DNA of 62,215 nucleotides, counting the filler, from Dugesia japonica (lineage: Eukaryota), in NCBI GenBank assembly GCA_001938525.1. It is 5 parts of 5 records of this genome, joined end to end, with 100 filler letters (N's around TTAATTAATTAA, not from the genome) between each part and the next. Parts side by side here need not be neighbours in the genome. Positions count along the whole stretch, not along the records: positions 40,370 to 51,397 come from MQRL01648169.1; positions 51,498 to 62,215 come from MQRL01625546.1; 3 more parts are not named here. One strand, given 5' to 3'. The notes below the pieces were generated by a model that did no database searches, had not been told where the DNA came from, and worked only from the letters and a program-made list of their open reading frames with translations. Position numbers and translations under genes: made by a program. This document shows, in pieces, positions 50,201 to 62,215 of the stretch; position 1 is the first letter of the stretch; the number at the start of each line of letters is the position of its first letter.

Positions 50201-51188
50201 NNNNNNNNNNNNNNNNNNNNNNNNNNNNNNNNNNNNNNNNNNNNNNNNNNNNNNNNNNTGGTTTATTAAGTATTTTTAATACTTATTAAAATCGTCGACA
50301 AGCTACAATCTAATAATTACAATGCTAATTTACATCTATCACAACTTATTTAGGGATCAACATGTTTAATAGATAATTTTTCATCTTACGAATAAATTCA
50401 CAAATTTGATCAGAGAACTCAATATATCAAATTTTATTTTAATTACAATCTACTTATTTTACAACTCGTAAGAAAATATTAAAAAAGGTATTTTAATAAA
50501 GTATAAATCAGAGATTCTTAAACTGTGCGCCGCGAAAATTTTCCAATATTAGATACCTTCTAAAAAAAATAGAAAATCTAAAAGACGAAGCAAAACCACT
50601 GAATTATGTTCACCATTTGTAGTGACACCATAAACTATATAAATGAATAACTGGGAAAGATAATATTGTCCAGAAATTGAAAATTTTGCACAATAATAAA
50701 CCAATATATCGATTTGGACCCCCATGGTAGCATTTTGATATACTAGGAGCGCCACGAACCAAAAAAGATTTGGAACCCCTGATCTTATTACTAAAATGAA
50801 TAAATATATAGTTTAATATTAAAACATTAAATTGCAATAAATAATAACTAAATTGTTATATGAATTATTTCCAACATACTTGAGTTTTATACCACTCTAT
50901 TAAATTTAGATTTTTTGATTCAAAATCTGTATCACTAAATTCCGGATGATTTGGAAGTAAGAATATAGAGTTACGAATGCACAATGATCCAAATTCCAAT
51001 GTTGGAGTTGGCATTGCAGCAACTTCATCCCAAGGTTGTTTACACTGAAATACTAATTTGATATTTTCTTACAAATAAACTTAGTTACTTCTTTTATTTC
51101 GTTATCCAAGATCACTTTTTTAAATTTATCATTACCAACAACATTTTGGACAAATTTCATTTTAGATTCAGTGTCAGATTGCTCAATT
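44222..51188 (-). CDS. CNOT10: CCR4-NOT transcription complex subunit 10, 3' exons
   Basis: In-phase GT-AG exons 51188-51089, 51044-50880, 48637-48386, 47861-47796 (tentative), 44617-44498 and 44458-44222. They encode VQNVVGNDKFKKVIL, AAMPTPTLEFGSLCIRNSIFLLP, LECSILLNGAYISLCL...LARMYMSEA and FPTNLDEARSIMYYNLG...LATYHEMRLG, colinear with the CNOT10 C-terminal half. Stop TAA. Confidence 0.9.
46584..47160 (-). mobile_element. Helitron Rep/Hel (PIF1-like helicase) C-terminal fragment in a CNOT10 intron
   Basis: IKLSSLWRH...LLANTR...WLLKIGEG and FSVTPAFCFTMNKSQGQS...PIFGHGQLYVAF motifs. Confidence 0.88.
48834..49470 (-). mobile_element. hAT (Charlie/Buster) 3' fragment with dimerisation domain
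   Basis: LLTIFS....SFSALNIIKTNKR...LALKCTKYEPAIEELAK; TIR CAGTGATAACGAACC at 48834. Confidence 0.8.
50509..50781. mobile_element. hAT-type MITE
   Basis: Ends CAGAGATTCTTAAACT / AGATTTGGAACCCCTG; TSD not preserved. Confidence 0.6.
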
Positions 51189-51397
51189 CTTAAAAATAAT
51201 GATAATTTTCATGTTTAATGTATAAATATGGATGGGATTAATAAAGAAATTGATAATTAATTTAATAATTCTTAATATTAAAAAAATTTAAAACAAAAGT
51301 AATTTTAATTTATTCTTCTCTTCTACCTCAGTTATTTATTAAAGACATTAAAATTTTTCAAAGACAGTATATTTCTTATTTCACTAATAATAAATCG

Positions 51398-51497
51398 NNN
51401 NNNNNNNNNNNNNNNNNNNNNNNNNNNNNNNNNNNNNNNNNTTAATTAATTAANNNNNNNNNNNNNNNNNNNNNNNNNNNNNNNNNNNNNNNNNNNN
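51398..51497. other. Artificial contig linker
   Basis: TTAATTAATTAA at 51442-51453 between 44-N blocks. Confidence 0.97.
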
Positions 51498-51639
51498 AAT
51501 TTTCGGATGTTTTATATTTTAACCAATTTTCTTTTAATTTAAATGATTTCCCCACATTGCAATTTATCCCGCACACGGATTTTGAAAATTAGAGGAAACG
51601 TTGGTTATGTGACTACTGATAATGCTGATATCTTGACTG

Positions 51640-52407
51640 AAATCAAATCTTACGGTCATATCACGCACAGGCATTAGCACAATAAATGAAAGCTGAACAT
51701 TCAATATTTGCGAAGCGGTAAAAACTTGTTGAGATGAAGAAAAATTGGGATAAATCGGTCCTGTATGATTTATCAGGAAAAACCATAAAAATACTGGATT
51801 TATTTCTGAAGTAGATAATAACTACGGACTAAAAATGGATTAACATTTTACGTCGATGGTCAAGTTGCGGAACAGTATAAATAATTACTATCCTTCCTCA
51901 AACCAGATTTCCATCTCCAGAAGGTAATGAAATTGGAAAAGCATTATTTATAACGAGCTGCTTCCAAGTGGTGAGACTATCAATGTGACAAAGCATTGTG
52001 CTCCAATTGAAAAAGACGGTTACCAAGAAACATCAAGAATTTGCAAACAGGAAGAATGTGGTATTTCCCCATGACAACGCAGACCACATCATGCTTTGCA
52101 GACCAAGTCTAAACTGAAAGACGTCGGTTGAAAATTATTCAAACCATCCTGTACTCACCAGATGTAGTTGCTACTGAATATAGTTCAAATCGCTTCAATA
52201 TCATCTCAATACACAACGATTCCATTCCTTGGTGAATGTTAAAAAGGGCTTGTTCACTTTCGTAATTATGAGAAAAGCATAATGACATTACTTAAAGTTA
52301 TCCTTCAAAATTGTCAATATTTATGTGATTAAAATAATACTTTGTCTTTTAACTTTGTCTTTTCATTTTTATGAAAAATTCGACAGATTTAATTCCCCAA
52401 TACAGTA
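51640..52407 (+). mobile_element. Highly decayed mariner element
   Basis: Remnants KPDFHLQKVM, ETINV, FPHDNA.PH and PxYSPDV; mariner-like right end ...ATTCCCCAATACAGTA. Confidence 0.72.
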
Positions 52408-52440
52408 AAATATTTATATTTTACAATAATATTTATTATA

Positions 52441-52615
52441 TTACAATTGCAATTATTGCAAGAATAATTGTTGNACATAACCATTGATCGTTTTATAGAA
52501 TTCATTTAATATAAAAACTTTGATCAAAATTTTGTTTTTATTAATGATATTGGATAACAATTCGATATCATTAAAAAAAACCAAAACTTTGATCAAAGCT
52601 TTTATATTAATTGAA
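52441..52615 (-). repeat. Fold-back Penelope-like repeat family copy (reverse orientation)
   Basis: Reverse complement of the 28185-28240 tail (TTACAATTGCAATTATT...TAACCATTGA) followed by inverted arms 52501-52615. Confidence 0.75.
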
Positions 52616-53000
52616 TATTTATTATAATCTCAATTATAATTATAATTATATTTGTAATACTGAATACTGTTAATTGATTTTAATAAAACACAGTTTATTA
52701 AAATTTAATCTAATTTATTTGAACTCAGACACTACTGTTTGATTTTGCCTACAAAATTAAACTTATAAATTTAATTTTCGTTTTAAATCCTAACAGACAC
52801 TGTTTATTAATAATGTTTAATAAATATTTATTAAACATATCTTTAAATAAATAAATAAATATATTCAATGAACACAATGAAAAAATTCCATTAAAATAAA
52901 TGCGAAATCATTTCTTATATTAAATTGCATTTTTATTAATTCTTAAAGAGAATCACTACACTGATAATTCAAATATATTAATTATAATAAATTATCTTAC

Positions 53001-56000
53001 TGTTCCTGGAACAGGTTGTCCATTTTCTGCATTTTGGCCATCAGTTACATCAATTCTCACTGATCCTTCTTCATTTTCTAATCCCTCATTCAATATTCCT
53101 TCTGTTTCATTTCCAATATTATAAATATTTAGGCTTCTTTCACTTCTTTCATAAATGGTAGTTTTATCGCCATCCCTGTCTTCATCTAAATAATAAAACC
53201 ATAAATAATTATTAGATAATAATTAAAGACACAAGTAAAATAATAAAATAATTCAATTTAAATGGGTTTACTGAGTTGGAAAAATATAAAATACCAAAGA
53301 AAATGCTACGGTAAATATCCGAGTAATTTCATAATAATACAACATAATAATAATGATAAATAATAATGAAACAAATAAAGGCTTTTGTTTTTTCCCTTGA
53401 AAATGTATAAAGTTATATTATAGAATTTTTAATTTTGTGTAAATTGGCAAAATTATGATGTTATAAATAATCAGATATTAAAAACGAGTTTTGGAAATTT
53501 TGTAATAAATTTAATGTTGTGAATCACAAAATCGAAGTTAACTTATTGGTAAATTTTGTAGAAACATTTTAAATTGCTATTGTTAAACTTTCAATTTAAA
53601 TTGTATCACCAATATTTGTTATGTAACTAATTTTACGTACTTTTTGTGGTAGTTAGATAATTGTTAATAATTTAGTTGTTGCATAATATTTATTTAATTA
53701 AATGTTATAAAAGATTGTATTTATAGTTTTGGTTTTTCAGGTTTGAAGTGTCCAATTCAATTCCTTGCAAAAATAATTTTGTTATTTAATAAATTTTCAT
53801 TATGGCAGATTCATATACAGGGTGTTCGGGGAGGAATGCACAGGACTTTGTAGTTAGCTTCCTTGAGTTATTATAAACAAAAAATGCCTTATAAACATGA
53901 GTCCGATTATCAACCATTTAATAGATATTGAGGATCAAAGGAAGACAAATACAAACATTGTATTAAAAGTATAAACATTGTATTTACAACATAAAAAATT
54001 TACAACTGTTCAATGTGACCTCCTTCAACTTTCTCACAAAGTTCTACACAATTCCACAGCTCCTTCTGCCAATTATTGTTTTCATTGTTTGATTTCAATG
54101 TTTCAAACGCTGCAAAAATCCTCTCGATCAATTCCTCTTTATTTTCTGGTTTTTCAAATTCACAAGCTTGGGATTTTAAGTGGCCCCATATGAAGAAGTC
54201 TAATGGATTAAGATCTGATGATCTTGGCGGCCAGTCCACAGATCCATTTATTGCAATCCAAAGTATTTGAAAGTGCACATCAAAAAAATTGGTCCCCACA
54301 TTAGCTCGGTGGGATGAACATCCATCTTGCATGAACCCCATTTTTCTTCTTATAATAAGTAGAAAATTTTTGAGTACTACCGAAAACGCCAATTGCAGAA
54401 ATTTTTGATAAATATTGCTGTTCAGATAACCACAAAAGATGTGAGGCCCGACTAAAATTTTCCGATCAGTTCTGCCCATACGTTTACTGAGAACCTATTT
54501 TAAAAATGAGTTTCTCTTATCGCATGTAAATTTTCTGTTGTCCATACATGTTCATTGTGAGAATTGTTGATTCTGTCCCTTGTGAATGTAGCCTCATCGC
54601 AGAATAGAATAGTTGGAATCAATTGCGAGTGCTGATTTAACCATTTGCTAAATCCAACTCTTTTCTCATAATCACCTTAAAGCTATTGAATGTAATTAAA
54701 ATGATATGGATAAAAATTTCCTCACGTAACGTCTGCCAAACGGTTATTTGCTTAAGTTCAGTTTCAGCTGAGATTCTTCGTACGATTGATTTAGCATCTT
54801 TATTTACTTTTTTCAATACGACCTCAGCTCTGTTTCTTCTTTGTATAACTATTTCACTGCATGCCTTAGGGAAACATCCTTTTTCTTTAAGTGACTCTAA
54901 GACACGTCAAAATATTCAATAATCAGGTAACCTGCGGTTAGGAAATCTTTCACCATATTCCTTTCTAGCTGCGGCAAAATTACCGTTGCAGTATCCATAA
55001 AAAATAACATATCAACATACTCCTGATTGGAAAATTAAAATTGCATTATGTCTAATCTATAATATTCAAATGATAATAAAATATTCAAATATTAAAATAT
55101 TTTAATTATTAATAAAAATTTATCTAATTTTAAAATGGTGCGACAATAATAATTTTTTATTTGGAATATTAAAACAAGCACTTGTATCTTAATAGTTTGA
55201 ATATTAATAAATATTAAATAAATACAACGTTTAACAAATATTAAATAAATACAACGTTTAATAAATATTAAATAAATATAATTATTATTAAAAATTAATT
55301 TTTTGATCCTCAATATCTTGTAAATGGTTGATAATCGGACCCATGCTTATAAGATATTTTTTGTTTATAATGACTAAAGGAAGCTAACTAGAAAGTTCTG
55401 TGCATTCCTCCCCAAACACCCTGTATATAATCTCAGTTTTATATAGTGGAAAGGTGAAGTGACGCCAAAGGCAGCTTACCTCGCTCAGAATATTTTTCGA
55501 AATATTATCATATATAATACTTATACACAAGAAACACATCGAGCCATTTAAATATTCAACATTAATCTCATATAAAAATAGCTTTGCGATTTAAACTTGT
55601 TCTTAAAGCATAAGCGAACTCTTTCTTTGGCACCCATCTCCACACTTTTTTGAAAACTACGAATTTCTATTCGGAGAAGTAAATATGAAGGCAAAAATAT
55701 TGTGAAATGAAAGCCAAAATAATGTCAATAAAGTAATTTACAACCTCTATGTATTTAATTCTATATTTATTACTGTTTATTTCAACACAAATGAAACTTC
55801 TGCGTAAACAACAGGGAAAACATTAGACACAAGATACCTTGCCACACTCAATAGAAAGAAACATAAAGTAATCTTAATCGAAAGACATATATCTCAAATC
55901 AATGCAATTTTTAGTAATCAATTCATAATAATAAATGCAGAAATATTTTTTGAAAAAAAAATTTCATAATTTTTAGATAACATAAATAANTTAAAAAGAC

Positions 56001-56655
56001 GAATCTATAAAGCGACATGTTGTCAAAATTAGGATAAATGACAAATATTAAAGAATATAATAGAAGAAAAGTGTTAAAAATTTTATCCTTACCAACTTTA
56101 TTAGATTGATAATAATCGACAATACTAGAAATTGCATAATTACCAACAACTTGTTTCAAACCAAAGACACTAGTATTTATACAATTTATGCATATCGGTG
56201 GCCAAAACTGAGTGTTTTTTGGTAATCTCTGTAAAAAAATCCAAAACATGTTTTTAAAATTATTATTAAAAAAATCAAACCATATCTACAGAAACCAGAT
56301 TATCCTCAAAATTCGGTTGAATAGACCAGTCTGTTATTTTATCTGACTCTATCCGGTAACCACCAATGTCTATGGTGATTTTCGGTTGATTTACGGGAAA
56401 TATGCCAAACTTTTTAGACGCTACAAAAGGATTCTTTTTCAAATGCATCACTTCAATTCGTTGTAATTGCCGAACCCCCCACATTAGAATTTCAAATCTG
56501 AATGTTGACAATTCGGGTCGAATGTTTTCTGGAATTCGTAATTTATTATCATCCTTTTCACCAAAACGTCCATCGTTTATTTCTTCTGTCATTTTTTTGA
56601 TTTCATTTTTCGACGGAAGTCCTTTTACATGAATTTTCTTGGTTTTTACGTCCAC
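53001..56655 (-). CDS. Ferlin family (otoferlin/dysferlin/fer-1-like) gene, three internal exons including a C2 domain
   Basis: Exons 56655-56281, 56228-56093 and 53185-53001 are in phase. IPENIRPELSTFRFEILMWGVRQL...VNQPKITIDIGG...PNF...LPKNTQFWPPICINCINTSVFGLKQVVGNYAISS matches the ferlin motif P..IRP.L..YR.E.LFWGLR...P.N....PPL.I...D.R.FGR...VG. Confidence 0.88.
53818..55423 (-). mobile_element. Tc1/mariner DD41D (rosa/Visitor) transposon with about 120-bp TIRs, in a ferlin intron
   Basis: TIRs 53818-53939 / 55302-55423 starting CAGGGTGTT; TA duplication; motifs LFCDEATF, MQDGCSSH and WPPRSSDLNPLD with 41 residues between the 2nd and 3rd Asp; N-terminal YGYCNGNFAAARKEYGERFPNRR. Confidence 0.93.
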
Positions 56656-57299
56656 CTAGAGAAAAATCTTGGATGTATTTTTTTCAGAATATAAACTTTA
56701 AGAAATGGTAACTTATCAATTTTGATAAAAATAGAGATAATCTAGTAATTTATATTGTAAGGTGTTTTTTGGGGAATATTAAGAATAATTCTATTAATTC
56801 AGATGTTGAGAATTGTTGTCTACAAGGATTGTTTGGATGTGGTTTTAAAAGCATTTGATTAAATTATCATTCCAGGGAAACCTATTAAATCTTTGTAACG
56901 AATAATTGAACGGGTGCTTATTATTTCTTTATTTAAATAATTAATTAAATTAAAAATATATTTTAAATTTTTAAATATTATTACATTAAAAATCTTAAAT
57001 TTTCACATTATAATTTTGTATTGTTTTCATTAAAAAAAATCAGGCTTATGTTAAAATTAAATTTCTGAATAACGGTGATCCTAATAATATTATATCAAAA
57101 TATTTATCATCTATTTCATTAAATTAGTAACTTTAAAAAAGTTTATTTTATTTAGTTTATTTTTATTTTATTGAATTTTAATTGGTTAATTTATTTAATT
57201 ATTATTATTAGTTAACCTCACAACTTTCCAAAAATTGTATTTATTATTACAAGTATATTTGATTAAAATAAAAATTATGTCAAGAATAATTCATAGTAT

Positions 57300-59680
57300 T
57301 CAAACAAGAAAATTCACCACAGTCTGAAATTGCGGAGTAATTGGCTTGTTTATCTTTTTCATAAATGCTATCGCCTTGTGATCTGTTCTGACCAAAATTC
57401 TTTTTCCATACAAATAATGTTTAAAATGGTTACAAAAATAGTAAATGGCAGATAATTCTTTTCTAATTATACAATATCCTTGTTCGTGAGCTGACATAGT
57501 ATGTGACATATGCAATGACTTGTTCTAAACCTTTTTCATTTATTTGCGATAAAACTGCTCCAATTGCATCAAAACTCGCATCTGTATCTAGTACAAACAT
57601 CTTTTTGATCTCTGGAAAGCTCAATATCGGTGCTTTTGTTAATGCCTCTTTGATCTCATTAAAAGCTATATCGCAATTTTTAGATCACAAAAGTTTTTAA
57701 TTGTTATGTCTACATAGCTCTTCCAAGCTACTAGGTTTTTTGAGTAATTATTGATAATTCGTCTATAGTAATTGCATATTCCCAAAAAGCTTCTCACGTT
57801 CTTTACACATTTATGTCTTCCGAAATTTTTTATCGCATCAATTTTTGTTAAATCAGTTTGAAATCTATTCTTGCCTATGACGTGTGCTAAAAATTTGACT
57901 TTTCCTCGCAATAAATGACATTTTTCCGGATTAATTCTCAATCCTGTTTCTTGAATTCTTTTAAAAACTTGGTCTAAAATTCTATAGTGCTGCTCTAAAT
58001 TTTTTAAAAATATCAATATATCATCCATGTATACCATCATTCTTCTCAATCTTCCTAATACTTTTGTCATTAATTCTTAAAACGTTCAAGGTGCTGCAGC
58101 TAAACCAAAAAGAATTCTTGTGAAACAATACTATGCATTTTTCGTAGAGAATGCTGTTTTCTCTTGTGAATTTTTATGTAACGAAACTTGATAATATGAA
58201 CTACCCAAACCAATAGTACTAAAATATCTTGCATCACTTAAATTGTCTAGTATTTCTTCTATATTTGGCATCGGAAATGCTTGTCTTTCTGTGATTGCAT
58301 TCAGTTTTCTAAAATCAAGACATAATCTAACGTCTTCCTTTTCTTTTTTCAAGACACATACTAACAGAGTGTTCCATTGCGAATTACACTTTCTAATAAT
58401 GCCATTATCAAACAAATTCTTGATAGCTTCGTCGATCTTATTCTCTAAATGTATTAGTTGTCTCTATGGTTTCGTATTTATTGGTTCTCCATTTGTGATT
58501 ATTTTATGTTCTGTCATTGTTCGAATAATATATTTTTTTGCCATTTCCGAATTCTTTTCTGATCTGTTCACTTTTATTCTGATAACTAAACTGCCTGTTC
58601 ATATTTGTGTAACAGTTCGTTGTGTGGTGATCTTTCTTGTTGTATCTTGAACTACTAACTTTGGTACAGTCTCTTCTCAAATGTTCAGATCCACAAGCAT
58701 AGCACTTTCTTTTTCTTTCTTGACAATTTCTGCTTACATTTCCTATTTTGTTACAGGTTCAACACGTTATTTCTCGTCTTTCGTTGTTTCTGTTTGGTTG
58801 CATTCCTACATTTCGACTCTTGTTGAAATTTGTTTGTTCTGGACTTCGGTGAACGGCATCTCTGTAGTTACGAACTACATTTATTTCTTCAGTATTTACT
58901 TTGTCTTGTATGTCTTCCCACTTTTTTATGGTTTTAAATACATCGTCTACATTTTCTTTTTTTCCATATTTCATTTTATGTTTAATCTTTCTGTTGTTGT
59001 AACTATTCATTATTAGCTCTTTTGTTAAGTCCTCTTTGTTCCATTTATGAGCCACTAACTTTTCTACCAATCCTTCAATCTTCTTCTTATAGATATTTAT
59101 ATGCTCTTGATTTCTTCGATAATTTAGAGCTTCCTCCATATCTTTAATCATTGTTGATGGACTAAAGAAAGCCTTTCTGAATCTTTCTTCAAATCCCAAT
59201 GATTCGTCTTCATTTTCATAGATTTCACGCAGTTCTTTATCTATGAAACCAACTACAATCAAACTCCTTTGGCCTTTCTTTATTCCGGTTATATCAAAAT
59301 ATTTCGTTGTCTTAAAAATAAATTTTTCGACATTATCGCCCGATTTGAAAATTCCAGGTTTTATAGCTTCTTCTAGCAAATCCAATGATGCGTTGGTCGC
59401 CATATTAGTTAAATTCAAAACTTCACAACTCTCCATAAATTGTATTTATTATTACAAGTGTATTTGATTAAAATAAAAATTATGTCAAGAATAATTCATA
59501 GTACTCAAACAAATAATCTGAGAAATTTTTCAATAAAAAAATAAATAATAAATATTCTACTTTACATGAAAATTTAAAAAATATTTTAAAAATATCGACT
59601 TTTTAATTCAATGAAATATCTCATTTTACATAAAAATTTCATAAAATATTGTAAATGTAGTCTGTCCTAGTATCTTCCAT
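57300..59680 (-). mobile_element. Ty3/gypsy element: gag (three zinc knuckles), RT, RNase H; protease and integrase deleted
   Basis: Gag ORF 58759-59436; knuckles about 58600-58765; RT RLCLDFRKLN...FPMPNIEE and VYMDDILI; RNase H FVLDTDASFDAIGAVLSQ and RTDHKA. Confidence 0.92.
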
Positions 59681-61900
59681 GTTATATGATATTAGTCTTA
59701 GAGTTAATATCAATAAAAGAATTACAATTATTTTTCAAAGGTTTATTCATAAAAAAGTAACTTGATGGTTTTTATCTTCTTCTAAAAATTCCTTTGATCT
59801 GAATATTAATTTCTTGAAAATTAGAATTACTCTTCTTTTGAAAATCGCTCAACAAAATTTGCAATATCTAAACAAAAAACTACTTACATACAAATTCTAA
59901 AAATTAAAATATTATTAAACAAAAGTCCTCACATCCCCCTTTTTAAGAATTTTTTAATTTTTTCCACATTGCAAACCAATTTTCGACCATCGTCTCTCAC
60001 CACAGTATAACTTCTCTCGTGAATTTGCTCTGTAATCTTGTACGACCATTCAAATCTTTCCTGTCCTTTGTTTCTGGTTTCAACTTCAACTAAAACTTCA
60101 TCCTCTATTAGAAAATGTCTTCTTGTCTGACTTTGTTTTCGTTACAAGTCATTGTGCCCTAATGCTTCTTCGGATTCTTTTTCGTCTGTCCAACGTTCTC
60201 TACTAATCTGCCAACCGAAAACCATCTCTGCAGGACTGATAGTATCTATCTTATGTTTGGTTGCCTTTAAAGCAAACTCAATATTTGGCAAAATCTCCGG
60301 ACAATCCAATGTTCTTCTTTCCTTTATTGTTGCGTTCAAGAAATCCCTATTTGCTCTAAATCGGGGTTTAATCTGACCATTCGTTTTATGATGAAAATGA
60401 CTCGAACCATTTCACACAATATTTAATTTACTCGAAAGCTCTTTCATATCCGAGATTCAAAACCTTTGCTACAATCGGAACGAATTTCCCTGGAAAAAAA
60501 AATCTTAAAATCAAATTTCCCAGATTGTTTCTCGAATTGTCTTTTCATCTTGTCTAGCCAAGCCTACTAAAATTACTTATTTAGTACACTGGTCTATCAT
60601 TCCTACAATATATTTCTTTTTACTTTTGGTCTCTTTTAATGTACCACAAATGTCAACCACATTATTTCCATACGACTATAACTGCTCGACCATCTCGTTG
60701 CTTCACGTCTTGATCCTGTGTTCTGCATGAATCAACTGACAATGAATACAAGACTTACAGTTTAGCCTACTTAACATATCAGCATTGCTATTAAAAACAC
60801 CTTTCGGATATTCCAAACTTATGTCTAAACTATTTAAAAAGTTTATCCGTATCCAATATGAATCCTTTTCTCCAAATCAGGAAAACCTAAAATTTGAGAT
60901 GATATTGGAGATATCTTCAATCCTATAAAAATCTCTGTCAATTCTGCTGACCATACTAATTTAGTGTTTCCTGATCCACTACATAACTGTTCCAGTTTTC
61001 TAGCCTTCTCCGCATATTCTTTGATAAACTTCTTGTAGTAGTTGCAAACGCCTAAAAAACTACGAAGTCTCTTAACACACTTAGGTTTTCCAAACGAATT
61101 AATCGCTTCTACCTTAGCTGGATCTGTCTTAATATCTTTCAAGCTGACAATATGTTCTAAAGATTTTATCTCTTTTTTTAGAAAAGATCATTTTTCAGAA
61201 TTAATTCGCAACCCGTTTCTAAAATTCTTGTCAATACCTTTTCTATCACTGCATAATGTGCCTCCTTATTCTTGGAAAATATCAATATGTCGTCTAAGTA
61301 TACTATTGCATCTTCTAGTCTTCCAATTACTTTTACCATCATCTAATTAAAACTATAATGACCCTGTTTTGTGAAAAAAACTGTCTTTTTCTGTGACTCT
61401 GTCTCTTATTTCACTTGGTAATACGTATTACCCAAGTCAATCGAACTAAAAAAGCTGCTCCATTCAGAGTATCAACATTTCTTCAATATTTGCCATAGGG
61501 AATGCCTGCCGTTCTGTTATCGCATTCAACCTCCTAAAGTCCAAACACAATCTTATGTTTTTTTTATCCTTCTTCCAAATATAAACTAATGGAGTGTTCC
61601 ATGGCAATAGTATTTTCTAATGACACCGTTCTCAAACAAATTTCTGATGGTCTATTCAATTTTTCCTTCCAGATTCAAAGGCTGTCTATATGTTTTCACA
61701 TTAATTGGATCACCTTTCGTCACAATTCTATGTTTAACCACATGCATTCTACCCACATCCCATCTATTTTCCATAAAAATAGTCACTTTGTTCTTGCATG
61801 TCTCTTTCAATTGCATATCCCCATTCCAATTTATGCTATCACATACTTCCTTCCAACGTTCACTTTCACTAACCTGCCTACCAAAATTCGCTTCTAAATT
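59680..61900 (-). mobile_element. Second Ty3/gypsy family: RT-RNaseH-integrase remnants, polypurine tract and 3' LTR
   Basis: RT RLCLDFRRLNAITERQAFPM (about 61490-61560); LRSFLGVCNYY; integrase VDICG...IDQCTK and SPAEMVFG; PPT AAAAAGGGGGA at about 59944-59934 followed by TGT (59933); candidate LTR end ...AACA at 59680 with AATAAA about 60 nt upstream. Confidence 0.88.
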
Positions 61901-61954
61901 ACAAATATAATTTATTCCTTCAACAACCCATGTGCAAAGTGTTGAAAGCAGCGG

Positions 61955-62175
61955 GAAAATTGTAATTACCGATGTATAAATTGTAGTAAACCGCGTCTAA
62001 AGTACAGACACTTATATATGAATTACACCGTACGCGTAAATTGTTGACACCTAAATATAAATTATAGCAGACTATACTTAAATTATTTCAAGTTGTCTGT
62101 AAATTGTAACCGATTATGTGCAAATTGTAGCAAGCTATGGACAAATTATAGCCATATGTGTAAGTTGTAACCATC
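61955..62175 (+). repeat. Degenerate ~20-bp repeats (AAATTGTA...) probably from a DNA-transposon subterminal region
   Basis: About 9 recurrences of aaattgta(g/a)/aaattata(g). Confidence 0.5.
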
Positions 62176-62215
62176 AGTAGTAGATAGATAGTAGCGCATG
62201 TAGCCATCACACATT

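Noticed and set aside
58243-59467. Plus-strand ORFs over gypsy elements (also 2485-2733, 3436-3624, 61042-61910)
   Set aside because: Antisense shadows of gag/pol frames.
1-62215. Fanzor/TnpB, tRNA or rRNA genes
   Set aside because: No RuvC/zinc-finger motif set, cloverleaf or rRNA signature recognised by eye; a profile search would be needed to exclude degenerate copies.

Overview
Very AT-rich eukaryotic (animal-like, standard genetic code, many 39-60 nt GT-AG introns) genomic DNA. It is not one locus: four artificial 100-bp linkers (N44-TTAATTAATTAA-N44) join five unrelated contigs (1-12996, 13097-25376, 25477-40269, 40370-51397, 51498-62215). Several other N runs look like masked sequence rather than gaps. 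Contig 1 is a decayed Polinton/Maverick (major capsid, amphipathic core protein, penton and integrase on -; two HTH genes and a zinc-finger-tipped protein-primed PolB on +) abutted by a Ty3/gypsy element. Partial host genes: PP2A B55 subunit (contig 2), a probable ASPP-family gene (contig 3), CNOT10 (contig 4) and a ferlin (contig 5). The rest is transposon debris: two more Ty3/gypsy elements, mariner, Tigger/pogo, a DD41D Tc1/mariner, hAT elements/MITEs with target-site duplications and a Helitron helicase fragment. The least explained features are (i) a dispersed fold-back repeat family carrying a minimal hammerhead ribozyme, often next to (ATT)n tracts, (ii) an array of four splice-acceptor-led mini-ORF cassettes ending in a structured, LTR-like terminus (17040-18980), and (iii) AGTAG...CTACT hairpins on both sides of the pPolB module. 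All homology calls come from manual translation and motif recognition; no database searches were run.
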